Virus record (IMG/VR): IMGVR_UViG_3300031758_000013
Strand: one strand, 5' to 3'
Origin: an uncultured virus (IMG/VR IMGVR_UViG_3300031758_000013)
Lineage: Duplodnaviria > Heunggongvirae > Uroviricota > Caudoviricetes
DNA length: 64,000 bases
Positions within the stretch are counted from its first letter, which is position 1, and the number at the start of each line of letters is the position of its first letter. Position numbers and translations under genes: made by a program. Below are positions 11,101 through 19,804 of this stretch, one piece after another. The notes below the pieces were generated by a model. That model did not search any database. It had not been told where the DNA came from and worked only from the letters and a program-made list of their open reading frames with translations.

Positions 11101-12845
11101 ACGTCTTACTCTTGAATGATGATATCGATTTTGAAATGGATATTTTTGAGAAAGTAAGACCATTTGTTGCTAATACAAATAATGGAGTTATAGGACTGTG
11201 CGCTGGATTAGAGCAATTTAATCAGCCAGTAGTTACGGATGGTTCTATCGATATCATCGTACCTCCTCAGGGATATCACCATTTTGGTTTTGGTTGTTTG
11301 ATGTTTGTCAACAAGAAAAACTGGAAAGATATTCCGAAAGAACTAAAGGTTTACTTCGGGGATTACTATATCTGGGATTACTGCATAACTCAAAATAAAC
11401 AGCCATACATTATTACTAACTTTGCTTACACTACAAAATGGGCCCAAACCACCGGTGCTATTTACAACGAAATATCTGAAATGCATGAATTTGAAAAGAA
11501 AGCATACGAGAATATTTTACACGATCTACATTCAGGCGAAACAAGAGAGGAAGTTAACATTACTAAAAATATTTTGATCGCTATTCCATGTAAGAATGAT
11601 ATCGAAGCTGATACCTTTAAATCAATCTATGATCTCATTATTCCAGAAGGATACAAAGCTCATTTCCAGTACTTTTATGGCTATGCTGTAGATCAGGTAC
11701 GTAACCTTATTGCTGAATGGACTATAAAGGGATATGATTATCTATTTGCAGTAGATCACGATATTGTCTTTGCTCCGGATACTCTACAGAAGTTGTTAGA
11801 TGCAAAGAAGCCTATTGTATCTGGAATCTATCGTCAAAGACTCGAAAAGCAAACAATTGAAGTTTATGATCGTGATTATCGTCATCTTCAATATGAAGAT
11901 CTTCATGGCAAGGGATTGATAGAAATTGGTGGGTGTGGATTTGGATGCGTACTTGTTCAAAAAGAAGTTTTCGCTAACTTAAAATATCCACACTTTGTAT
12001 ATCATCAGGCCTTAAATCACGCTAATACTTTTAGTGAAGATCTTGATTTTTGCAAAAAAGCAAGAGAAAAAGGTTATACCATTTGGTGTGATACGTCAAT
12101 AGTATGTGGACATGTTGGCCAAAAAATCTGGTTGCCAGAATTACCAAAGACAGAACCAGAAGTATCACCACAACTTGCTCGCTTGCGTGAATTGCGTAAC
12201 ATGGATCTGTTTCCACAAGACCATGTTGACTATTTAAAGAGTTTGAAAAAGAGTGGATTTAATCCAAAAGTAATTTACGATATCGGAGCGTGTGTTCTTC
12301 ATTGGACAGATAAAGCTCGTACGATTTGGCCAGATGCTAAGTACGTTGCATTTGATGCTATGGACGCCGCGCAGTTAATTTATCAAGAAGACGGCCTCGC
12401 ATACGCATGCGGTGTTCTTGGAAGTGAAGATAATAAAGAAGTAGACTTCTGGGAAAATACAGATAACCCTGGTGGCAATTCAGTTTATAAAGAAAATATT
12501 GAATTAAGTCCGCTCGCAGATCAATTATATAGTAAGCCAGTTAAAAAGTTAACTGGAAAACTAGATACTGTTATTAAGATGTTTGATTTCCCTACACCAG
12601 ATCTTATTAAGATGGATGTTCAGGGTTCTGAATTAAATGTTCTGAAAGGAGCAACTAATACTCTTAAAAATTGTGATCACATCATTTTAGAAATGCAAAG
12701 CGTGGATTATAATAAAGGTGCACCAAAAGTGCAAGAAGTTATCAAGTATCTGAATTCTATCGGGTTTGAAAACAAGTCAGGCATGTTCTCTGGTAATGAT
12801 ATCGATGGCGATTATCACTTTGTTAGAAAGTTCCGCCGTCAATAG
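8130..12845 (+). CDS. Multi-domain glycosyltransferase/methyltransferase (GT4 - GT2 - FkbM - GT2-like - GT2-like - FkbM)
   Basis: GLGGSESA...ETFGISTLEALA (GT4); ISIITPVYN...IIDDCSTD...LLDGDDW (GT2); two copies of VIYDIGAC...PDLIKMD[IV]QG[AS]EL (FkbM); SVVVPTMW..LLNDDI; FAVDHDIV..GCGFGCVLV..SEDLDFC. Confidence 0.85.
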   Translation: MKIAFIDTLGLTYDGSTLSKRGLGGSESAVIRMAHELAQIGFDVTVFNDCTSDESQSGIYHGVTYTPLEAATIAQTPFDVCIVSRSIRPYFESWYVCATARHKVLWMHDTFCEGDNEIENLIVQGKIDEIFTLSDWHTGYVTHADHGRRRNFDILKNHIFMTRNGIGNMNPGWIDVREKDPDLFVFNASVTKGMVPLVKQIWPKVKERIPQAKLKIVGGYYKFREASGPDQQQKDWTEMSLQHGKNIDFTGVITQQEISDILREASYMIYPVGFPETFGISTLEALAHNVPLITCRFGALEETAIDLASWKINYPVEPNWALPWLDQNSQVDIFVDAVVNAYNNKYLHQQKMYACNQVKDICTWDTVALQWKQHLYHKLGEYLPVDEYRKVTKINDKVRRVFNRRFLNKEEMRESCQSPFWPISIITPVYNAENYIVKCIASVAQQDYHNYVMHIIDDCSTDNTAQVAQEYIDSLPEDIRYNFVLHRNGENLGAVCNQVNTIEKECGHDIVMLLDGDDWLINDPNLFHKYNNLYNEGAEFTYGSCWSVVDSIPLIAQEYPPEVKKSKTYRDYKFNWNMPYTHLRTFKAHLMHDFLRANGNYAFRDEDGNWLKAGGDTAVFYSMIEAADPDNVVCVSDIVYNYNDANPLNDYKVNSTEQTKTATKVLNKIPKIKSKDYSAILQRLRELHDQRLLPQQHVDYLWKMKNTGVEPKVIYDIGACVLHWTNRAKQVWPNSKFIPIEAMEEVGELYAESGFDQYVAGCILSDKQEEVYFYENLEHPGGNSLFKENAQLSPRAEELFPETSKVKRTTQTLDNIVNIMNLPKPDLIKMDIQGAELSVLKGAHNTLTHCNHLILELQHVDYNFGAPKAQEVIEYLKTIGFNLVNDGMFCEGDLKVDGDYHFVKENKNTLKDDEQKFSVVVPTMWKCDQFKDTLQKLIDCDVVDEIMIYDNNPTAAFDLPESKKIVLLGTGKNDYVNPVWNECTKRAKNDYVLLLNDDIDFEMDIFEKVRPFVANTNNGVIGLCAGLEQFNQPVVTDGSIDIIVPPQGYHHFGFGCLMFVNKKNWKDIPKELKVYFGDYYIWDYCITQNKQPYIITNFAYTTKWAQTTGAIYNEISEMHEFEKKAYENILHDLHSGETREEVNITKNILIAIPCKNDIEADTFKSIYDLIIPEGYKAHFQYFYGYAVDQVRNLIAEWTIKGYDYLFAVDHDIVFAPDTLQKLLDAKKPIVSGIYRQRLEKQTIEVYDRDYRHLQYEDLHGKGLIEIGGCGFGCVLVQKEVFANLKYPHFVYHQALNHANTFSEDLDFCKKAREKGYTIWCDTSIVCGHVGQKIWLPELPKTEPEVSPQLARLRELRNMDLFPQDHVDYLKSLKKSGFNPKVIYDIGACVLHWTDKARTIWPDAKYVAFDAMDAAQLIYQEDGLAYACGVLGSEDNKEVDFWENTDNPGGNSVYKENIELSPLADQLYSKPVKKLTGKLDTVIKMFDFPTPDLIKMDVQGSELNVLKGATNTLKNCDHIILEMQSVDYNKGAPKVQEVIKYLNSIGFENKSGMFSGNDIDGDYHFVRKFRRQ

Positions 12846-13035
12846 TACCAATTATGTAAGTAGCATCTAATGGTGTTACATCATATTTGTTAGTATTGGA
12901 ATTATATACAAGAGTAGCACCATTTACTCCGTTTGCTACATTCACATCTGGTATGTCTTCAATAGTAGTAATAGTAGTTAAACCAGTTCTAGCAAATATT
13001 TTTGTGTCCTGCGTCAACTTTGCTCTATAGTTCAT
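12823..13035 (-). CDS. Small virion structural protein
   Basis: DIPDVNVANGVNGATLVYN...IDGGTF, a motif common in T4-like aquatic phage structural genes. Confidence 0.6.
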   Translation of the reverse strand: MNYRAKLTQDTKIFARTGLTTITTIEDIPDVNVANGVNGATLVYNSNTNKYDVTPLDATYIIGTIDGGTF

Positions 13036-13361
13036 CGTGTGACCCCTGGAGTTACTGTAACAATACCCTCAATTATTCTAATAATAGTACCAACATCGCT
13101 CGTTAGTTCACAATCATACATATATCGCCCTGGTGAAATAGTATTTGTGGTATTAGCACTCATAGATAGAGTAACAACTCCGGTTGTTGGAGAAATAGAA
13201 GTTGAAAATGAGTATGCTGTTAACGAAGTGTAATGCTTACGCATTTGAGCATTGGCAGTATAGCCAGTAAGATTAATAACGTCATCATTATCGTCAGTCA
13301 CTTCAACGGTTGCGCTAAAGCTAGCACCTTGATCAATTACCATGTTTGCTTTAAGTGACAT
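13032..13361 (-). CDS. Conserved Ig-like virion structural protein
   Basis: ANMVIDQGASF...NLTGYTANAQMRK...GRYMYD...RIIEGIVTVTPGVTR. Confidence 0.7.
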   Translation of the reverse strand: MSLKANMVIDQGASFSATVEVTDDNDDVINLTGYTANAQMRKHYTSLTAYSFSTSISPTTGVVTLSMSANTTNTISPGRYMYDCELTSDVGTIIRIIEGIVTVTPGVTR

Positions 13362-13892
13362 TTATTCTTCCATTAAGTTGATTACGTATGCTTTTAAACC
13401 GCTCGCATCAGCCTTGAGTTTAAAACCAATACTATTAGGATCGTTTATAACTACAGGTGTATCATAGTATTTATTAAAAGATCCGAAGTGAGTTCCAACT
13501 GCAATTGCGGCAGGAGATTCAGGATTGAATAATGTTATCAATCCTGCGAATCCTTCACTTCTTACATACTCTGAATTTTTTTGTTGGAACTCTTCTGAAT
13601 ACCACCAGGCTCGAGAACCAGATTCTGATTGACCATAAATTGGATGCCTATGGAACATATATAACTTTCTATCATATTTAAAATCATTATAACTTGCAAT
13701 CCCAACAGTATAATCATTTACATCATAGCGAATGATAGGATAATCTTTGAGATCATCTATTAAAGCCGCTTTCAGAGCAACATCTCCCATGCGCTGTCGC
13801 TCTTTTGAAATATATGCATATGCTTCATTATATAGTCTATTTAAAAGCTCGTCAGATAGATCTTCAGCATAAACTTTGGTAAGAGTTAACAT
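13362..13892 (-). CDS. Hypothetical protein
   Basis: 176-aa ORF abutting its neighbours. Confidence 0.55.
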   Translation of the reverse strand: MLTLTKVYAEDLSDELLNRLYNEAYAYISKERQRMGDVALKAALIDDLKDYPIIRYDVNDYTVGIASYNDFKYDRKLYMFHRHPIYGQSESGSRAWWYSEEFQQKNSEYVRSEGFAGLITLFNPESPAAIAVGTHFGSFNKYYDTPVVINDPNSIGFKLKADASGLKAYVINLMEE

Positions 13893-13901
13893 TATATATC
13901 C

Positions 13902-14438
13902 TTATACAAGCTGAACATTATGTATTTCGTTATCAGCACCAAATGGATTTGTAGTTGGAACCGTGTCTCCATTATCATTGAACCATAGAAATGTAGTAGA
14001 ATTGCTTCCACCATCATATGTCCCAGGTACTGCATTTGTAATGACTGATCCATCAAATAAAATTGATTTAGATCCGGCTACATTTCCTGGTAATCGTACA
14101 TTAAACTTATAATCAGGTTGGCTAACATCATAAAAAGTACTTTGCCAGTAACACGAATATGGAGCAAGATCTATGATCGAGCCATCATAACTTCCATATG
14201 GTCCATATGAATCACCGCTGTCATAGCCATGTTCTGATATAATATAACCTTCAGTTCCTTTACCGCCGGGCTGAAGGAAACCATCATTCCCAGTAGTAAT
14301 ACTACAGTTTAAGAATTCTTTCCAAGCAGAACCATTCCAAACTTTAGCACCTTTTGCTTCTAGCCAAGAAGATCCGTTCCAAGCTTTTTTTTGAGGAGCT
14401 AAAACCCAAGAAGATCCATTCCATGCATATAATGCCAT
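13902..14438 (-). CDS. Fibre-tip adhesin-like protein with triple WNGSxW N-terminus
   Basis: AWNGSSW..KAWNGSSW..KVWNGSAWKEF; stop/start overlap with the upstream collagen fibre gene. Confidence 0.65.
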   Translation of the reverse strand: MALYAWNGSSWVLAPQKKAWNGSSWLEAKGAKVWNGSAWKEFLNCSITTGNDGFLQPGGKGTEGYIISEHGYDSGDSYGPYGSYDGSIIDLAPYSCYWQSTFYDVSQPDYKFNVRLPGNVAGSKSILFDGSVITNAVPGTYDGGSNSTTFLWFNDNGDTVPTTNPFGADNEIHNVQLV

Positions 14439-15637
14439 TAGATCTTAATCCAAATATCGCCTTGGTTAGAAGCGGTTGGTGTGCCAGATTGAACAAATAC
14501 TTGTCCACCACTAGTATATCCACTGGTTACATGTCTAAGAATAGGAGCAGCTGCTGTTGCTGCATCTCCCTTAGATCCAGTAAATCCAGTTCCACCAGCA
14601 GTACCTTGTGATCCAACGAATCCTGTAGCACCCTGTGATCCAGTGAATCCAGTAGCACCAGTATTTCCTACTGAACCAGTGAAGCCAGTAGCACCGGTTC
14701 CACCAGTTCCACCAGCAGTACCCTGTGAACCAGTAAATCCAGTAGTACCAGGATCACCAATGGTTCCTCGTGAACCGGTAAAGCCAGTCCCACCGTTTGT
14801 TCCAGCAGTACCCTGTGATCCAGTAAATCCGGTAGCACCAGTAGAACCAGGATCACCAATGGTTCCTCGCGATCCAGTAAATCCAGTTCCACCAGTTCCA
14901 CCAGCAGTACCTTGTGATCCAGTAAATCCAGCGCCTACTGATCCAGTAAATCCGGTTCCACCAGTTCCACCAGCAGTACCTTGTGATCCAACAAATCCTG
15001 TAGATCCAATAGAACCAGTAAATCCAGTTCCACCAGTAGAACCAGCAGAACCAGTCCAACCAATATTACCCTGTGATCCAGTAAATCCTATAGATCCAGC
15101 CGATCCTGTAAAGCCTATTGAACCTGTAAAACCAGCGCCTTGTACCCAAGAAACGTTGAATCCATCAGTTTTTAAATAATAACCTGGTAAACCTGTTTGA
15201 GTTGGCAAAAGATTATTAATTGCAGTAACTGCTGTATTTCCACCGGTGCCACCACGAAGAACTGGTAAAATACCATCACCAACTGATGATGCATTTACAT
15301 AAAGCCCGGTAGAATTTGCTATAATACCAGATTGCGCTCTGATATTAATTAAAACACCGTTTGCAGTAACAATAGAATTAGCGAAATAGAGATTTCCAGC
15401 ATAAACATCAAATGTTCTACTAGTGTTACCCAGAGCTTTACCGTTAGCAGTAGGAATTAAGTCGCCTGCAATAGATGTGTTACTATAGGTAAGATTCCCA
15501 GTAACGTTTAAGTCACCTTCTACACTGAGCGTTTGCTTAACAATGGCGTGAGCATTGATCGTGGCGTTTGCTTGAAACAGCGAAACACCATCTGTTACTA
15601 ACAATCCATTATCGATTTTAAAATTAGTATTCGCCAT
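14438..15637 (-). CDS. Short collagen-like (GFTGS) fibre protein
   Basis: GFTGS/GTAGGT Gly-X-Y array; C-terminal VQSGTPTASNQGDIWIKI. Confidence 0.75.
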   Translation of the reverse strand: MANTNFKIDNGLLVTDGVSLFQANATINAHAIVKQTLSVEGDLNVTGNLTYSNTSIAGDLIPTANGKALGNTSRTFDVYAGNLYFANSIVTANGVLINIRAQSGIIANSTGLYVNASSVGDGILPVLRGGTGGNTAVTAINNLLPTQTGLPGYYLKTDGFNVSWVQGAGFTGSIGFTGSAGSIGFTGSQGNIGWTGSAGSTGGTGFTGSIGSTGFVGSQGTAGGTGGTGFTGSVGAGFTGSQGTAGGTGGTGFTGSRGTIGDPGSTGATGFTGSQGTAGTNGGTGFTGSRGTIGDPGTTGFTGSQGTAGGTGGTGATGFTGSVGNTGATGFTGSQGATGFVGSQGTAGGTGFTGSKGDAATAAAPILRHVTSGYTSGGQVFVQSGTPTASNQGDIWIKI

Positions 15638-15644
15638 GTTGACC

Positions 15645-17486
15645 TTACTTGATTAGATGTGCTACAACTTTTACTGCTGAGTTTGCTACAGATTGTACAA
15701 GATATAGATTAACATTGGCAGTATCTGTGTTTGCCGTAAATGTTCCGAGTGGAGATGAACCACCATTTGATGATACAGTACCGTATACAGTTATAAATGC
15801 ACTGGAAGAATTATCATGAGCAAGAACTAGTTCAGAAAGTTGTGTGTTTCCATTTTTGACTTGTACTTCAAATTTACCAGAAGAATATGTTGCTTTCGGG
15901 AATCTATAAACTAATACTGATCCAATTGTAGATCCGACATCAGCGTTTGCAGCTACATCAACAACATAATCTGTTTGGAATGTTGTTGTGTTTGCAATAC
16001 TTAATGTATTTGATAGAGTCGTAGTACCAAGAACCGTAAGAGTTCCGTCAGTCTCAATAGCAGTTGAAGTAATAAACGTATTAACTGTTGTGTTGCCAAC
16101 ATTAATTCTAGCGGTTGTTAAGTTGACATTCGCGCCGACGTTGATTGTCGATGAAGCGTTAGCTGTAGGAGTATTAATATTACCTGACGCTGTAGTGAGA
16201 CCGGTAATGCCGAGTGTGCTCAGAGCATTCGCTGCGCCTGAAACTCCAAATGTACTTAATGCATTGGCTGCACCAGAAACTCCAAACGTACTTAATGTAT
16301 TAGCTGCACCGGTCACTGAAAGAGTATTTGATAAGACGGTTGCACCAACAACAGTAAGTGTGCCATCGGTTTCAATAGCAGTTGAGGTGAGGAATGTATT
16401 AACTGTAGTATTACCAACGGTAATTCTAGCAGTTGTCAGATTTACGTTTGCGCCGACGTTGATTGTCGATGAAGCGTTAGCTGTAGGAGTATTAATATTA
16501 CCTGAAGCTGTAGTGAGACCGGTAATATTTAATGTATTTGATAATGTAGCAGCTCCGAGCACAGTGAGTGTGCCATCGGTTTCAATAGCAGTTGAAGTAA
16601 TAAACGTATTAACTGTTGTGTTGCCAACATTAATTCTTGCAGCTGTCAGATTTACGTTTGCGCCGACATTTACCGCGGATGACGCGTTAGCCGTCGGAGT
16701 ATTAAGATTACCAGAAGCGGTAGTAAGTCCAGTAACAGTTAATGTATTTGATAACGTAGCCGCACCAGTCACTGCAATTGTGTTTGCAAAGTTGGCATTC
16801 GAAACTACATTTGCAGCACCACTAATAGTTAGATAGCTGGTTGGTGTAATTGTAAGATTTGCTGTGCCAGTCCAAGATCCATTGCCAACTACACTGCTGA
16901 ATGTTGAATTGCCGACATAAAGAGATGTAGCATTTCCATAAACATTAGCACCAATGGCTACAACTGTAGTATTACCAACAAAGAGACCTGTGTTAAAAGC
17001 AGTCGGTGTGATGTTTGCTGTAGATGTAGTATTTGCAATTTGAATGCGGCTAGGTGAAATATTTGTGTTGACAGTACTGCTAGATTGTGTTATAATCAGA
17101 CTACTGTTTACAATAGAATTAGCTGTTCCTAAGCCGAGATAGATACCAACAGGACCTAAGAAGCTATTGGAAGTGGTGTTACCAACTAGTACTCGTATAC
17201 CAGCATCAGCAGCAACGTAAGCAGTAGCATTTGTAGTTATAACTAGATTTGCTGAAAGACCGTTAACATTGCCGCCACGCAGTGCATTAGTAACAACTAA
17301 GGTGTTTGCTCCAAATGTACCCCACAGCTGACCAGTTCTACTGATTGTAGAATTGCCAGTGCTGCCAACAGTGGTATTTGCTGTAACAATTTCAGTCGAC
17401 AGAGAGTTTAGTAACTCATTTGTTTTGAGTAACCATATTTCAAAGCTGTCAGTAATGATATCAACATTAGCTACTTGTCTAGACAT
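15645..17486 (-). CDS. Fibre-like structural protein with three long internal repeats
   Basis: Three copies of TGLTTASGNxNTPTANASS...TSTAIETDGTLTV; Thr/Asn/Ser-rich. Confidence 0.7.
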   Translation of the reverse strand: MSRQVANVDIITDSFEIWLLKTNELLNSLSTEIVTANTTVGSTGNSTISRTGQLWGTFGANTLVVTNALRGGNVNGLSANLVITTNATAYVAADAGIRVLVGNTTSNSFLGPVGIYLGLGTANSIVNSSLIITQSSSTVNTNISPSRIQIANTTSTANITPTAFNTGLFVGNTTVVAIGANVYGNATSLYVGNSTFSSVVGNGSWTGTANLTITPTSYLTISGAANVVSNANFANTIAVTGAATLSNTLTVTGLTTASGNLNTPTANASSAVNVGANVNLTAARINVGNTTVNTFITSTAIETDGTLTVLGAATLSNTLNITGLTTASGNINTPTANASSTINVGANVNLTTARITVGNTTVNTFLTSTAIETDGTLTVVGATVLSNTLSVTGAANTLSTFGVSGAANALSTFGVSGAANALSTLGITGLTTASGNINTPTANASSTINVGANVNLTTARINVGNTTVNTFITSTAIETDGTLTVLGTTTLSNTLSIANTTTFQTDYVVDVAANADVGSTIGSVLVYRFPKATYSSGKFEVQVKNGNTQLSELVLAHDNSSSAFITVYGTVSSNGGSSPLGTFTANTDTANVNLYLVQSVANSAVKVVAHLIK

Positions 17487-17695
17487 TAATTTCTTCCGTT
17501 AACTAACTGTAATAATAGACTTTTGATATCACGAAGATCGTTTTCAACTTCATCTATTCTTTTACATAAACTGTTATTCTTTTTATTCGCCTCACGAGCA
17601 GCTACGAACTTTTTATATTCTTCTTCATTGGTGTTTATAATAACACCACTGTTAGTGTCTTTAACATAACCATGGTGATCTGTTTTCGCTAGCAT
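17486..17695 (-). CDS. Conserved small protein following the VrlC-like genes
   Basis: GYVKDTNSGVIINTN plus a C-terminal coiled coil. Confidence 0.6.
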   Translation of the reverse strand: MLAKTDHHGYVKDTNSGVIINTNEEEYKKFVAAREANKKNNSLCKRIDEVENDLRDIKSLLLQLVNGRN

Positions 17696-19770
17696 TATGC
17701 GGACACTCCAATTACCTGAAGCTGTTCTACTCTTGGTATAACATGTGTTGTTTCAGAAAGTAGAACAACTTTAAGTTGCATTGTATTATACGTATCAAAT
17801 TCAGTATAAGACGAAGTTACATATCTAGCAACATTATCATTAGCAATGTTATTCCATGCTGTATTCTTATATTTTAATTGATCAACATTAACATCACCAA
17901 TAATGTTCACATTAGTGATTGGTTTAAACGTTGTAATAGCTGTGGTGTTAACACTAGCAACTGGAAATACTTGATGATTTTCTGTAGTAAGAACACTGTA
18001 TACTCGAATAAGATCTCCAACAGCAATATTACCAACCTGAGAGAGAGTAGTAGTAATTGTATTGCTACTCAGAGTAGTCTGGAAGTTTCCAGCTAAACTT
18101 GAACTGACTTCAGGGTATTGTGGAAGTGAATAAGTATATTCCCAAATATCTCTAGGATCTTCAGTACTATATCGAGCAGTGTTATTCTTTAACTCTAATG
18201 GCGACCATGACTTATCATCAAATGCTTCTTTGTCAGCCGAGTTATGAAGCTTGGCGTAAACTTTAATCTGAGTTCCTGCAGGGCGATACGCTGCAAGATA
18301 TACAACGACGTCTTCAGCATATCTACCTTCACCAAACTGAATCTTCTTAGAAACATATTTAGATTTAGCAAGTCCATTGCGATCTACTTCAGTATCATAA
18401 TTAGCAATTCCACCACGCGTGGTTGTAGTTACATTATTAATATCATTCTGATAGAAGAAGAAATCTAATTCGCCGGTATCAATATATGGCACAGAGAATC
18501 GATTAACATCAGATGTAGTTACATTGAATGTTATATTAGCAACAGCAGATTTTCTGTTTGCACCATATAGATTAGAGTTATCTACTTCTAAAGATCTTGA
18601 AAGAATATATGATGCTCGAGGAGCACTATTGAATTTTAATAGTTCTAAATTAGTAGAAGTTGCTGGCATTTGATTAGACGAATTAGCAATATTGTAGTTC
18701 ATAGTATATGTAGAACTAATAGGATTTCCAACTAAGAAGCTCGGTTTGAAGTTATCTACTTGGAATCTATCAATTGTTGCAACATTAGCAGAAGCGCCGG
18801 ATCGAATTCCAGTAATTCTTGTTCCGACTGCAAATTTAGAAGTAGTATTAGCTGAAGAATCGACTAAATACACTTTATATTTACTATAATCTGTAAAATA
18901 CACAGTGGCCACCGGTGGAACTTTAAATCCAATACCAGTTGCATTAAAACTAGGATATCTGTCAACGGTGATTGACGTGTCACTATTAATATTAGTGATA
19001 GTGACAATATCTCTATTACTACCATCAATTAATACAACCTTATTATCAATAGCATAATTGGTAAAAGTTGTTGTAGTTCCAGTGATTATATTATTTGAGT
19101 TTGTGAATGTTACTGTGCCTGTAGCATTAGCAACATTCGAATATACCCACTCACCACCAATAAGAGAACCAGAAGAAGTATTGTCAATTGTAAAGAATTC
19201 ATATTCTTTATTCACTAGTGGAATTGTTATATTATTAGCAACAAATTGTGCTACTTTAACTCTAAATTTAAGATCTTTATCACTTAACTTATCATAACTA
19301 TCAAAGTTTGTTGATTTATAAAGATACCCATCAAATCTAGATTGTGAACCAGGAGAAGCAATATTAGTTGCTCCTCCTGCACTAATTATTCTATCACCCT
19401 GAACGTTAGTCCAAATATCATACGCTGGATCGTTATACTTTATAGCAATTCCATAAAAGCTACCAGTCTTAACTCTGACCGGATTAGAAAATCCAACTAC
19501 TGTAGGAGTCTGAGCATCATTACTAATATTAACAGAATCGTATTCAATAAACTTTACGGAATTTAATAGTGTAGAATTTGGAAGTGGCGCATCATTTTCT
19601 ACAGTACAAATCCAGACGTTCAGTCCTGGTTTTGCAGTACCACTAATATTAGCATTTTCTACTGGCTTTGCTTTAAAAAATAAATCAATAGACGTTAACA
19701 TGATTTCAGTCGCGTTAGCAACTGTTTCAGGATTTACGTAAAACGTTTGGATGTAGTCAAAATTAGACAT
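17695..19770 (-). CDS. Virion structural protein resembling the C-terminal part of DUF4815/VrlC-like proteins
   Basis: IQTFYV..LTSIDLFFKAKP..DLKF..SKYVSKKI..IKVYAK..EYTY..MQLKVVL..PRV. Confidence 0.65.
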   Translation of the reverse strand: MSNFDYIQTFYVNPETVANATEIMLTSIDLFFKAKPVENANISGTAKPGLNVWICTVENDAPLPNSTLLNSVKFIEYDSVNISNDAQTPTVVGFSNPVRVKTGSFYGIAIKYNDPAYDIWTNVQGDRIISAGGATNIASPGSQSRFDGYLYKSTNFDSYDKLSDKDLKFRVKVAQFVANNITIPLVNKEYEFFTIDNTSSGSLIGGEWVYSNVANATGTVTFTNSNNIITGTTTTFTNYAIDNKVVLIDGSNRDIVTITNINSDTSITVDRYPSFNATGIGFKVPPVATVYFTDYSKYKVYLVDSSANTTSKFAVGTRITGIRSGASANVATIDRFQVDNFKPSFLVGNPISSTYTMNYNIANSSNQMPATSTNLELLKFNSAPRASYILSRSLEVDNSNLYGANRKSAVANITFNVTTSDVNRFSVPYIDTGELDFFFYQNDINNVTTTTRGGIANYDTEVDRNGLAKSKYVSKKIQFGEGRYAEDVVVYLAAYRPAGTQIKVYAKLHNSADKEAFDDKSWSPLELKNNTARYSTEDPRDIWEYTYSLPQYPEVSSSLAGNFQTTLSSNTITTTLSQVGNIAVGDLIRVYSVLTTENHQVFPVASVNTTAITTFKPITNVNIIGDVNVDQLKYKNTAWNNIANDNVARYVTSSYTEFDTYNTMQLKVVLLSETTHVIPRVEQLQVIGVSA

Positions 19771-19792
19771 TAATTCCTCTTAATCTTTTGTT

Positions 19793-19800
19793 TATTTATA
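19793..19800 (-). promoter_or_regulatory. T4-type late promoter
   Basis: TATAAATA 23 nt upstream of the ATG at 19770. Confidence 0.65.
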
Positions 19801-19804
19801 TTAA

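Noticed and set aside
15988..16836. 282-aa plus-strand ORF
   Set aside because: It lies antisense to the repetitive 613-aa structural gene and has no independent signals.
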